A stretch of 64,000 bases of DNA from a virus: IMG/VR virus record IMGVR_UViG_3300031772_000001, positions 103,661 to 167,660 of that record. One strand, 5' to 3'. The position numbers were made by a program, and so were the translations under genes. Under the pieces are notes generated by a model. The model searched no databases. It had not been told where the DNA came from and was given only the letters and a program-made list of their open reading frames with translations. Within the stretch, counting starts at the first letter, position 1, and every line of letters begins with the position of its first letter. Shown one piece after another: positions 20,161-29,900 of the stretch.

Positions 20161-21416
20161 TATTTCTCCGCAGTCTTAGTAACCAAATTTGATTCTCTAA
20201 CCTCTCTTAGAATATTTCCAATCTTATTCTTTGTCTCTTTGTCATATTGTGAAGCTGATTTTGGAGTATTCATAGTGCTTCTTGATAACTCCAAACTGGA
20301 TGTGAAGTTTCCCCCATCAATACTATCAGTAATACCAGTTATCCAATATATCCCTGACAAAGGATGTATTCTATCTTGAGAAGTAATCACAATAAATTCA
20401 ACATACCCCATAATCGGCAAGTGTGAATCACCCAAAAGCTCTGCTGTAGCTGTATAATTATTTAGATTATACACAGCAAATCTTGACTTTGCCTGATCAT
20501 CTATATGCTCTTGTTTTGGATGTGCTGACTTAATTACCCTTGATGGAGAATTACCTTTTGCAGTCGGAGCATTTGATAGTTTTCCAGAAATAATCTGTAT
20601 AGATGAATTTGAACTATCCACAATACTCTTGATTATTTTCTTTGTCTTTGGATCAACACTTTCTACATACACACTATGCGCCCCAAGAAACGCTTGCATA
20701 TATGCTTCATCATTAGGAGCAAAAGAAATCACCTCACCATTCATACCCCGATACACAATATAAGTCTTATAGACACTAATATCATTACTATTCTTTGAAT
20801 TATATAGAGGAGTGTGAAAATGAAGTGCTCCTTTTTCATCGTAGAAAAAGGTATAACCACTCAAACCTTTAAGATTTACCGCTCTTGGTACAAGTTCATT
20901 CTGAATAAAATACACATCATTACAATTTCTCTTAACAATAGGACTATCAAACCCACCTCTTGTTTTTTCAATCATAGTCTCTTTTATGTTGTTATCATCT
21001 GCATACTGTTGAACAATATCAGAAATCCGAGTCCCTGCCTTATATGACAAGTTATTTCTGTTGTATGTAGAAACAACACTCTCATCATAGAAATCCAGTT
21101 TTAGTGTAACACCGTCAGAAGAAAACTCCGGTGTATACGCTGTAATCTTCCCCTTTCTCTTAGGAGAGGGAGCATCCGACCACCCATAAACAAACTCAAC
21201 ATCAGCCAATGTCTGATTCTTCAAAAGAACAAAAGACTCTAAATAAGTCCAATTTGGATCAAACAAGGTAATTGATCCAGTGTTCCCTTTACCATTAATC
21301 TTTCTATCGTAAGTAAAGCTCTGAAAATAGTTGTAAACAGGGATAGACGTTCCGTTAATTGATAACTCAAAATACGTCTGCCTTAATGTACCTGAAGGAA
21401 GATATGTCTCTACCAT
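20160..21416 (-). CDS. baseplate hub protein (gpD / gp27-like)
   Basis: FVYGW, ISDIVQQYA, FFYDEKGALHF, LLGD and SGIYWITGITDSI..GNFTSSLEL motifs. Confidence 0.8.
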   Translation of the reverse strand: MVETYLPSGTLRQTYFELSINGTSIPVYNYFQSFTYDRKINGKGNTGSITLFDPNWTYLESFVLLKNQTLADVEFVYGWSDAPSPKRKGKITAYTPEFSSDGVTLKLDFYDESVVSTYNRNNLSYKAGTRISDIVQQYADDNNIKETMIEKTRGGFDSPIVKRNCNDVYFIQNELVPRAVNLKGLSGYTFFYDEKGALHFHTPLYNSKNSNDISVYKTYIVYRGMNGEVISFAPNDEAYMQAFLGAHSVYVESVDPKTKKIIKSIVDSSNSSIQIISGKLSNAPTAKGNSPSRVIKSAHPKQEHIDDQAKSRFAVYNLNNYTATAELLGDSHLPIMGYVEFIVITSQDRIHPLSGIYWITGITDSIDGGNFTSSLELSRSTMNTPKSASQYDKETKNKIGNILREVRESNLVTKTAEK

Positions 21417-21418
21417 AT

Positions 21419-21736
21419 CTAACTCACAAGACTATTAAGAACAAGTTTGACACTATCAAAAGCTGGAATCCTTATTCGCATACCGGGAATAAGTTCTTCA
21501 AAAATATCCTCAACCTTATTTGCATGAGCAATAACCCACCACAAATTAGGGTCATTATAATACATAACAGCAATCAAATCCAATCTTCCTATTTGAGTTT
21601 CAATAACAGTATGAATAATATCGTTATCAGACTCAGGAAACACTATAGGTTCCCAAATGTCAAAATACTCCGTACCATTTCGATTGATTAACGGGGTGTT
21701 CAACATCCGAGAAGTTGGCTTTAGGTCTATGGACAT
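21419..21736 (-). CDS. baseplate LysM-type protein (T4 gp53 / P2 gpX-like)
   Basis: RLDLIAVMYYNDPNLWWVIAHAN...IRIP. Confidence 0.85.
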   Translation of the reverse strand: MSIDLKPTSRMLNTPLINRNGTEYFDIWEPIVFPESDNDIIHTVIETQIGRLDLIAVMYYNDPNLWWVIAHANKVEDIFEELIPGMRIRIPAFDSVKLVLNSLVS

Positions 21737-22410
21737 CAGAATCCCTGCCTTACTTCAGTTCTCCAAGTATCCTGTAACACGGCAGAATTAGCAATATTAG
21801 TATACTGTCCATCCTTACGAAGAAGATTGTCTGCACCAAAAGAAACATCATACCCAGATATAGGAATATCACTAACAACACCAAGAGTCAAACTACATTC
21901 GGCAGACATAGGTAACAAAGGGTAGTTAGCTCTCCCCGGAACATCTGCAAGCTCGTTTACTTCCCAAGGTGCCCTATAAACAGGAGTAGCCTCTTTTACA
22001 ATGCACATCTTTGCAATCAACTCTCCAAAAACAAAAAGAACTTTTGGAGGCCTGTATGATATTCCACCATAATTAACAGGGTATTTCAGGGATCTTAGAA
22101 AGTTTACCTTGGCTATCACATCTTGAAACACATTTGTATATGAAAAGAACTGAAGTGTGAAAGAAAACTCCTCGGCAGAAGTATTCTGGTATACCTGATA
22201 CGGTGCCCAACGTCCAACAATCTCTATGTCATTATAGGTTGGTTCTGCCCCAGAATGGTTTATCTCCTCTGGTAAGTAGGTAAATCCAAGCCGAGTAAAG
22301 GCAAACAAGTCCCTCAACTTCTGAGGATAGTCTCTATCAATCAGAAGATACGCCTTGTTCTCGTGGTCAGCGTAAGAATAATTACTACCACCTGTCACAG
22401 CACTTGACAT
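21736..22410 (-). CDS. tail tube initiator (CIS tube / gp48-like)
   Basis: FTYLPEEI, IVGR, FSFTLQF, LRSLKYP..PPKVLFVFG motifs. Follows the tape measure gene. Confidence 0.75.
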   Translation of the reverse strand: MSSAVTGGSNYSYADHENKAYLLIDRDYPQKLRDLFAFTRLGFTYLPEEINHSGAEPTYNDIEIVGRWAPYQVYQNTSAEEFSFTLQFFSYTNVFQDVIAKVNFLRSLKYPVNYGGISYRPPKVLFVFGELIAKMCIVKEATPVYRAPWEVNELADVPGRANYPLLPMSAECSLTLGVVSDIPISGYDVSFGADNLLRKDGQYTNIANSAVLQDTWRTEVRQGF

Positions 22411-22419
22411 ATCAAACTC

Positions 22420-25008
22420 CTACCAAATAGCCACACCCAAATCAGACAAAGGAATACCACCAACTGAAGTAGCTCCGCCTTTTCTTGTTTTCTTTTGCTC
22501 CTCAAGCTGTTTCTTTTGTAAGGCTCTCGCAGCATCCATACGTTTTTCCATACCAGACATATCAACATTTACAATTACATCCTTTCCATTATCTCCTCGT
22601 ATAACAGCACCCATTCCCATATCAGCACGAACAGCTTGAACATCTGCTTCTTTTTTACCAAAAAGCTGCTTAGTCCATAACTCTCCAATACCTTTCGCTT
22701 CATCCCCTATATTTCCAAAAAACTGCTTCCAAGAAATCTCACCCTGAGCAAGAGAAACCAATGAACCTATAACAGACGCAAGTGCTCCAAATGCCTTTAA
22801 GACAGTCAAAATAGCTCCTACAATACCCTTAACTACATTAAGAACCCACTCTAAAACTTGAACTAATCCAGTAGATACTAAACTAGCAAGCCACGTCAAC
22901 CCATCACCAAGCATCTTAAAAGCATCACCAGTTCCTTTTGACCCAAAAGACTGTGATATAAAAGAAGTTATTGTATCAATTAACTGCATAAAGTCAAGAC
23001 GTAGCTGTTCTAAGGCTATTCTAAAAGGAAGAGACTTCTTATAGGCAGTATATAAAGAAGTAGCCAAAGTTATCACTAATCCTACAAGTCCACCAAGTTT
23101 CAAACCTCCAAGAAGTTTAGGAAATATCTTTACCAATCCAGACAAGAATTTTCCTATAAACGGAACTTTTGTTCCCAATCCAGTAAATAAACCCTCAACT
23201 GCTTTACTGGATTTAGCGAAAGACTTAACAAAAGCCATTTCTGACCTTTTCCCCGCCAAAGAAAAAGCATTAGGATCAATATATTTCTCTGCTAACTTCA
23301 AAGCAGACTTCTTTTCAATTGGCTTACTCATCCCCTTAATAATATTCCCCATAACCCCCTTCATACCTTTTCCACCGGACTTACCAAAAAGAAATTTAGG
23401 AATCAACCCTAATTTCTCTCCCTTTTCTAAATCTTTTGCTCCTCCCAAAAACCCCTTAAAGAACTTACCCATACCGGACATCTTCATCAATCCAGTAAAG
23501 AAAAACAAAGACTCAAGCATGGGTAAAAGACCCTCAAGTGTACTTACAAGATTATTAAACAAAGGGAAAGTCTTTGTAAAATTCGTGGCTGCAATGTTAA
23601 TCTGCTGCCATAATGTCTTAGATTCACGATTATCCTTGTTTATCTGTTCATATACACCATGAGCATCACTTAGATGATCTGACATTTGCGCAGTAACCTG
23701 TACAGCCTTATCTCCTCTTGCAGCAAGATCAATCAAAGCCTCTCCTTGAATACCAAAAACCTGAGAAAATGTATCCCTCAATTTAGAAGCTGCATAACTT
23801 GATCCTCGTGTTTGTGCAGCTAAATCAACTAACTGTTTCATAATCGTTTCAGGATGTCCTTCTGTCAAAGCTGACTTAACAGATTCAGCAGAAAGACCTA
23901 ACTTACTTAAATTTTGAATAGCTTCAGGAGATCCTAAAATAGCTTCCTTTATTACATCATTCAAAACATCAGCGTCAACGCCAGCATTATACATACCAGC
24001 ACCTAAAGAAGCCATAGACTTCACTGCTTTCTTTGTCTGCTCAGGCGACCATATTCCTGTCATATCCTTAGCAATATTAGCAGCTTTTTCAAGATACTCA
24101 GTTATATTACTAAGACCTATAGTAATTCCAGTAGTCTTTTCCATACTCTTAAATCCCTGAGACATATCAAGGACTAACTGGTTTACATCATCCGCAGATA
24201 ACTGAGTATAAAACGACAAATCTTTAGCAAACTTAGAAAGATTTTCCCCTTGAAAATCCTCAACAAGACCCAAAGATTTAGATAGCTTAATTGCGTCCTG
24301 CTCAGACAATTCTGATTCTTTTCTTAAATCAAACATACTCTCAAATGTCTTGTCTATATCATAACTTGCACCATCAAAAGAGGTAGTCAAAACTTTTCTG
24401 GTCTGTAACATCTCATCCCGCGTCTGCCCAAAATGTTCTCTTAATTTCTTAGTAAGATCAACAACACTGGAAGTATGAGTTTCTATGTCAGAATAATCAC
24501 TTTTCAAACCACGCATCATATCCGACATCTCACCCATTGCCCCACCAGCAACCATAGACCTCATCCATCGAAAATCTCCATCTTTCCACTTTTTCAAAGG
24601 AATAACAGCTTCGGGACCGTTCTCGCCAATCAACGCTGATGTAGGTCGTGTTACAATACCACCCTCTGCCAACGGAACAAGTCTCGGCAACCTTCGTAAC
24701 TTCACATCAACACTAACTTTCCCAAACTTCCCTCTTGACAACTGTGAAAATGAGGCCATCAAGCCTACAGCCTGATGGCCTATCTCCACATACTTCTCCA
24801 TCCCTCGAATAATGCGCTCTAACCCATTCGTAAACAACCCTGTCTGATTAGCCTTCTTGTAGGCTTCATCCATAGCAGAAGTCAATTGACGGTAAGCAGA
24901 AGTAACCCTTTTCAAGTGGGGAGACGCATCATCAATAAATGACAACAGGAAGCCCACGTTCGACATCCCGATAGAAGCACTTCCACCTGTACCCGGAGAC
25001 ATATTCAT
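22420..25008 (-). CDS. tape measure protein
   Basis: Long helical Ala/Gly/Lys-rich protein with LAEGGIVTRPTSALIGENGPEAVIPL motif and hydrophobic C-terminal part. Follows the chaperone genes. Confidence 0.85.
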   Translation of the reverse strand: MNMSPGTGGSASIGMSNVGFLLSFIDDASPHLKRVTSAYRQLTSAMDEAYKKANQTGLFTNGLERIIRGMEKYVEIGHQAVGLMASFSQLSRGKFGKVSVDVKLRRLPRLVPLAEGGIVTRPTSALIGENGPEAVIPLKKWKDGDFRWMRSMVAGGAMGEMSDMMRGLKSDYSDIETHTSSVVDLTKKLREHFGQTRDEMLQTRKVLTTSFDGASYDIDKTFESMFDLRKESELSEQDAIKLSKSLGLVEDFQGENLSKFAKDLSFYTQLSADDVNQLVLDMSQGFKSMEKTTGITIGLSNITEYLEKAANIAKDMTGIWSPEQTKKAVKSMASLGAGMYNAGVDADVLNDVIKEAILGSPEAIQNLSKLGLSAESVKSALTEGHPETIMKQLVDLAAQTRGSSYAASKLRDTFSQVFGIQGEALIDLAARGDKAVQVTAQMSDHLSDAHGVYEQINKDNRESKTLWQQINIAATNFTKTFPLFNNLVSTLEGLLPMLESLFFFTGLMKMSGMGKFFKGFLGGAKDLEKGEKLGLIPKFLFGKSGGKGMKGVMGNIIKGMSKPIEKKSALKLAEKYIDPNAFSLAGKRSEMAFVKSFAKSSKAVEGLFTGLGTKVPFIGKFLSGLVKIFPKLLGGLKLGGLVGLVITLATSLYTAYKKSLPFRIALEQLRLDFMQLIDTITSFISQSFGSKGTGDAFKMLGDGLTWLASLVSTGLVQVLEWVLNVVKGIVGAILTVLKAFGALASVIGSLVSLAQGEISWKQFFGNIGDEAKGIGELWTKQLFGKKEADVQAVRADMGMGAVIRGDNGKDVIVNVDMSGMEKRMDAARALQKKQLEEQKKTRKGGATSVGGIPLSDLGVAIW

Positions 25009-25200
25009 TTATCGAATCCTTGGCATTCTCAGAGAACGCATCTTGTTCTTCGACATTGCCTTTGCCTGTTCTTCTTCCTGCCGTCGTTCTTCTTTCTTGG
25101 TATCTGCTAACTTCCCATGAAGGTATCTTACCCGCTCCCACGGAAGAGACTCGGCCCACTCAGCAGCTATGTGTCCATAATAGGACAACTCAAAAAGCAT
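25009..25200 (-). CDS. tail assembly chaperone, second ORF (possible frameshift extension)
   Basis: F.LSYYG..AESLPWERVRYL pattern. Lies between the chaperone and tape measure genes. Confidence 0.7.
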   Translation of the reverse strand: MLFELSYYGHIAAEWAESLPWERVRYLHGKLADTKKEERRQEEEQAKAMSKNKMRSLRMPRIR

Positions 25201-25204
25201 GTCA

Positions 25205-26011
25205 TCAATGTCCGACTGTTTCCCGTCTGCGTGGACGAAAAAATTCCGCCGTAAAGGGCATCATCACCTCATCCAAGTAGCTGCACTTGCGGCACTCGGT
25301 ATTAACAATAAGAGAAATTCCAGACTCCTTCTCCTCTACATCATTTGAAATTTCGTTAATATCACCCGCATCCAACCCAGAGACATAAGACTCCTTTGCA
25401 TAATAATCCAAATCTGCCTTATCACCAACAGACTGAAGCATCGTAGCTATCCGCATAATGAAAGAAGGATCAGAAGGATCAGTTGACTGCATAATCATAC
25501 GCTTTGCACTCTTAGCAATAGCATTCTCGTCCCTACCCCTCAAAAATCGGTAGGTGATAATATCCCCAGAATTAGGCAGCTTCAACTCAACAGGCTCTTT
25601 AGTGTCTGGAGATAGTTCTTTCGTTTTCAACTCGGTAGATATGTCAATCTTCTCCTTGTATTGTGCTCCACACGCCTCACACTTCAATGGGAACTCATAG
25701 ATAGCACCCATAGAACGTGTACGAAGAATCAAAAGCGTGTACATCCTATCAGTCAAAAGAAAATCCGTAGGATCAAGCTGACAATTCACAACACATGATG
25801 AGATAATCATGTTCAACTTGACCATTGCATCTCCACCGGGATTATACAAAATCGAAAGTTCTTTTGCCGTCAACGGACGTAAAAGAACCGTACCATCAGG
25901 TACTTTACCATCATAGAGCAAGCCCTTACTTGGTAAAGTAATGGAGAAAGTGTTAGAGGGAAGAACAGAGACACCAGACGTAGGAAGACCACTCGGAATA
26001 CCCGTAGCCAT
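25205..26011 (-). CDS. tail/baseplate hub assembly chaperone (T4 gp26-like)
   Basis: LPSKGLLY, LRPLTAKE, two CxxC motifs, LPNSG..FLRGRDE and terminal EFFRP. Confidence 0.8.
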   Translation of the reverse strand: MATGIPSGLPTSGVSVLPSNTFSITLPSKGLLYDGKVPDGTVLLRPLTAKELSILYNPGGDAMVKLNMIISSCVVNCQLDPTDFLLTDRMYTLLILRTRSMGAIYEFPLKCEACGAQYKEKIDISTELKTKELSPDTKEPVELKLPNSGDIITYRFLRGRDENAIAKSAKRMIMQSTDPSDPSFIMRIATMLQSVGDKADLDYYAKESYVSGLDAGDINEISNDVEEKESGISLIVNTECRKCSYLDEVMMPFTAEFFRPRRRETVGH

Positions 26012-26050
26012 AACAACTCCTCATGTTGAGGTTGTGAAGAAAAGTAAAAC

Positions 26051-26097
26051 AAAAAAGAAAGCATGGAGTGACAATTAGGAAACTGTCACGCCAATGC
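26051..26097 (-). terminator. rho-independent terminator after tail tube gene
   Basis: GCATTGGCGTGACAG...TTGTCACTCCATGC followed by TTTCTTTTTT. Confidence 0.65.
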
Positions 26098-26104
26098 CCT
26101 CTTA

Positions 26105-26662
26105 CTATGCACCAACAAGGTCCACATTCGCCAAGTCTCTTGCCGCATAACACTTATCAATCGAAATTGTCAAAGAAACCTTAACTGGCTCAGAAGAAGC
26201 CATGTCGATTGTACCTGCATTGTACGTCGTAGGCCACATACCAATACAAGTCCAGAAACGATTGTACTGCTGATTAGGACCAAACAACTGCACCTCTCCA
26301 CGCTTCTTGTAGTTACGCGCAAGACCAATACGACCCGTCACCGGATCATACACCTCTTCATGCCACAGCTTCAAAACACGGGCAGTTCTCTGATCCACAA
26401 AATCTTTGAAAACAACCTCCATGTCCTCAAACGTGACCAGACCAGCAATCTTCCTCTTCTCATTCAAGAAGTTTGTATCAATCGCTTCCACCGTCGTTAC
26501 AGGCAACGGAAAGGACTGAAGAGAAAGAGTGATAATTGGCTCGCCTCGGGATATTACATCATTCTCAGCAAGACCAAATATCCGAATCAACGCATTGTTA
26601 CCTCTCTGCTCTTCAAACGCCCCGCCCTGTGCGGCCAGGTGGGACGCGCTCAAGTCATTCAT
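26105..26662 (-). CDS. tail tube protein (gp19-like)
   Basis: KRKIAG..TFEDM, LKLWHEEVYDPVTG..YKK and GMWP motifs. Confidence 0.88.
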   Translation of the reverse strand: MNDLSASHLAAQGGAFEEQRGNNALIRIFGLAENDVISRGEPIITLSLQSFPLPVTTVEAIDTNFLNEKRKIAGLVTFEDMEVVFKDFVDQRTARVLKLWHEEVYDPVTGRIGLARNYKKRGEVQLFGPNQQYNRFWTCIGMWPTTYNAGTIDMASSEPVKVSLTISIDKCYAARDLANVDLVGA

Positions 26663-27830
26663 TTTGACTCCTTTGTGATGGTTTGTTAATGTGTTTTCTC
26701 AATAGTATCTCATTCATAACCTGACAAACACAATCATCAAAACTATTCTCAATCTCATCATAAGTAAACCGGAAAACTGCCCAACCACTCTCTTTCATAA
26801 ACTTATCCCTCCTAAAATCTTTAAGAACTACCTGCTTTGAAGTTCTATGCTCCTCTCCATCACACTCAATATCAATACTAAGAGAAGGAATTGCTATATC
26901 AAGAAAATATGGCGGGTAAGGATACTCAAGTATGGATTCAGGAATTGCCTTGTGAAGTTTTATCTGTAAAGGGCTTGTAACAACTACCAACTTCCTCCTA
27001 CCCTCAGAATATAACACATAATAAGACCCATCTTTTTTCCTGTCCTCTATCACATCAACTTTACTTCGCACGTACAAACCAAGACGAGCAAAGTTATTGG
27101 AAACACAAGCCTCACAAACACCAAGTTCCTTAGCAACTGTTTCTATGCTCTTACATTCCATATACCTTTTATGTGCAGAAATCCAATCAACAGAGTCAAG
27201 TTTTGCTTTATTAAGAGACACACCAATACTATTCCACCGCTTAGAAGCAATAATTCTATTTTTGTTAATCTTATGAGACTCAAAATTATCACAAACCTTC
27301 AGTCCAATTAGTCTAAACCTATTATACAAACAAGAAACAGATACCCCTACATCTCCACACAAGGAATCTAAACTCTCTCCATTCATATACCTCTCATGGA
27401 CATCAAAATACTTCTGATGCTCAACGGGAGAATTTAATATCCTTCTCTTTGTACGCTCAGTAGGACAACAAACCTCATAACCACCAGAACGAAAAGACGT
27501 GTAAAGATAAGCAACAGATACCCCAAACTTTTTACAAATCTCTGAAATATTTACACAACCCATATACATCTTATGAGCCTCGACAACATCAAACGGATTC
27601 CTCTTCTTAGGAAGATTCTCACAACCAACAGCATGAAGACCCCTACTAACAGTAGACCTGTCTATCCCAAGTGATAGAGCAATAGCCCTGTAAGACATAC
27701 CCTCTTGGTACATCTTCAGGGCTATACCCTTATCAAACTCTGCTTTATACCACCTTCTCATTTTCCGTAACAACCCCATAAGAATGTTAAAAAACACTAA
27801 GAAAATCTGGCACCGGACGAGTAAAGGCAA
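26655..27830 (-). mobile_element. freestanding putative homing endonuclease (tandem HTH repeats plus DUF559/Vsr-like nuclease)
   Basis: Four HTH-like repeats (Y..G.S...IA..LGV) and C-terminal YFLDIAIP..IDIECDGEEH..D..RD..M...GW.VFRF. Splits the sheath-tube gene pair. True start is probably downstream of 27797. Confidence 0.75.
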
Positions 27831-29653
27831 AAGTCCACGGTCAGGAATTCTGCCGTTGGGGTAGGCTTCAAAAGAATCTTCCCGTACATCTCTGAACGAT
27901 CCTTGGCAATGTCAGTATTTGTGGTTTTATCACAAATCACCTTCACATCATCAAGACCACGACCGTTCTTTACTTCCTCAACATAAGGAGTAACAAGAGC
28001 TATGAAGGTAATCCAAGTCAATTCATCATCCGGCTCAAACACCAGATACTTGACTGAAGTTGAAATAACCTTCTCCAAGTACAGAAGCATACGACGCACA
28101 TTAACCCTATCCAACTTGGTAGGACGATTCTGCAATGTCCTCTGACCCCATACAACAAATCCAGCAGACGGGTCAGGAAGAATTGTGTTGACATTTACCT
28201 TACGGTCATACAGAGCATCCACGTCTGCATCTGTAGGCGTAAACTGCAACCCAAGCGGCTGAGGATTCAACACACCACGATTCAAACCAGCAGGAGCAAA
28301 CCAAGCTGCTGCCACTTGATCATTATAAGCATATCGTTGAGCCACAAACCCGGAAGGAGGAAGAATCACATTCACATTATTATACGGATCATCACTGATA
28401 ATCCAAGGCCAATAAAGCGCACCATAAGAAGTATCTTTTGCAGGTCCGTTATTCCCCTTTCTCCATGAAATAACCTGCTGACGGTTATACCCCATCGGAG
28501 GATCAACAAGATAGAAACAGTCACGCCGAACATTCCGACACATATCTTCCATTGCATCAATAATTGACTTATAACCAGAGACAGAGACATGAATACCATC
28601 AATCTGTACACCCGGAACCGCAACAACATTCAGATCGAGAATCTTGCTGTTTGCCATTGCGTAAACACCTGTCTGACTCGCAAGAGTTCCTGCATAGTCA
28701 ATAGCATCAAGATCAGCACCATCATCACCAAGAGCAAATGAATAATTATTATCAACAAGAGTGTAAGTGTTGTTAAGAACTTCTACAACAATATTTTGGG
28801 AAATTGGATCACCACGACGGCCTTCATTGATAACTTTCACAATATAGTTATCACTTGAAGCAATAAGACTCAACCCAGAATACTGTTCAATATCAGCAAA
28901 GGCATTTGAAAGCACATCCCAACCCTGAACAGCAAGGTCAAAGTCATCACAAGGCCCACTACCCGGAGTTACCACATTACGAATCTGAATTCGTATACCA
29001 CCACTCGCAACAGTATTTGCCCAAGTACCCGGAGAAGTTGCTGATATTCTTAAAATCTTATTCACCCCACTATCTGTAACCACTGCTTGAGCAATACCCG
29101 ATTCCGAATAGCTACACAAAACATTATTTGAGGCAGAATCAGGGGCATAAGCAAACGTCACATCATACGCACCTGTCTGATAATCAATACTTCCAATATC
29201 ATTACCATCCTCGATCACCCTTCCCAAACCATTATCATAAGCATGATGAGGGGTAGGGGTGTGTACAGCATTCGGATAAGAGAAGTCAATAGTATTTGGA
29301 GTCAACGGATGATTTACTAAAGTACCACTATAATGAACCTGAACACCAGTACCCGAACCAATAACCTCGTTCGGAACTTTCAGGTTAATAACACGAACAA
29401 ACACACCCTGATTTCCGATCTTGAGATACTGCTCCATCGAATACCAAGAACGATCCTTCCAAGCAGGATTAGGATACCCAAGCTGGTTCACAAGCTCGGT
29501 AGGATTTGCAATCTTGATCCTGTCATTAACCTTTCCCTTTTCAGCCCGCCCAACCACACCAAAAATAGTGGAAGACAGACGCTCCGCATACTGCGAAAAA
29601 TCAAACTCACGAAACGCTACACCGGGACTGAGCAAAGGATAAGTATTTCCCAT
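27797..29653 (-). CDS. tail sheath protein (gp18-like)
   Basis: SPGVAFREFDFS, YGALYWPW, WFAPAGLNRG, WGQRTL and DRVNVRRML motifs. ATG at 29653 follows GGAGG. Confidence 0.95.
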   Translation of the reverse strand: MGNTYPLLSPGVAFREFDFSQYAERLSSTIFGVVGRAEKGKVNDRIKIANPTELVNQLGYPNPAWKDRSWYSMEQYLKIGNQGVFVRVINLKVPNEVIGSGTGVQVHYSGTLVNHPLTPNTIDFSYPNAVHTPTPHHAYDNGLGRVIEDGNDIGSIDYQTGAYDVTFAYAPDSASNNVLCSYSESGIAQAVVTDSGVNKILRISATSPGTWANTVASGGIRIQIRNVVTPGSGPCDDFDLAVQGWDVLSNAFADIEQYSGLSLIASSDNYIVKVINEGRRGDPISQNIVVEVLNNTYTLVDNNYSFALGDDGADLDAIDYAGTLASQTGVYAMANSKILDLNVVAVPGVQIDGIHVSVSGYKSIIDAMEDMCRNVRRDCFYLVDPPMGYNRQQVISWRKGNNGPAKDTSYGALYWPWIISDDPYNNVNVILPPSGFVAQRYAYNDQVAAAWFAPAGLNRGVLNPQPLGLQFTPTDADVDALYDRKVNVNTILPDPSAGFVVWGQRTLQNRPTKLDRVNVRRMLLYLEKVISTSVKYLVFEPDDELTWITFIALVTPYVEEVKNGRGLDDVKVICDKTTNTDIAKDRSEMYGKILLKPTPTAEFLTVDFCLYSSGARFS

Positions 29654-29670
29654 AACCAAAACCTCCAAAA

Positions 29671-29892
29671 TTATAAGGTTGATCTGTTCTTTTTCTTCTT
29701 TTGTCCAGAAACAGTAGGCTCAACTATGTCTGAGTCAAAAACCGAACTCACAACATCTGTTTTTTCCTCCTTTTCGACAATCAACTCAGACTGAGTGTGC
29801 TGTGTTTCTTTTATTTGTTCACCAGTATGGTGATGATTGCTTGGATCATCATAATGAATCAACCTACCATTTACCAAAATTGATTTCAGCAT
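29671..29892 (-). CDS. hypothetical small protein
   Basis: 73-aa ORF with SD before the sheath gene. Confidence 0.55.
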   Translation of the reverse strand: MLKSILVNGRLIHYDDPSNHHHTGEQIKETQHTQSELIVEKEEKTDVVSSVFDSDIVEPTVSGQKKKKNRSTL

Positions 29893-29900
29893 ACTTCACC

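Noticed and set aside
26655-27830. Group I intron around the endonuclease
   Set aside because: Flanking genes appear uninterrupted and there is no non-coding space for an intron core.
13434-29653. Bacterial eCIS, T6SS or tailocin locus
   Set aside because: Contiguous capsid, protease, neck and replication genes show it is a phage tail module.
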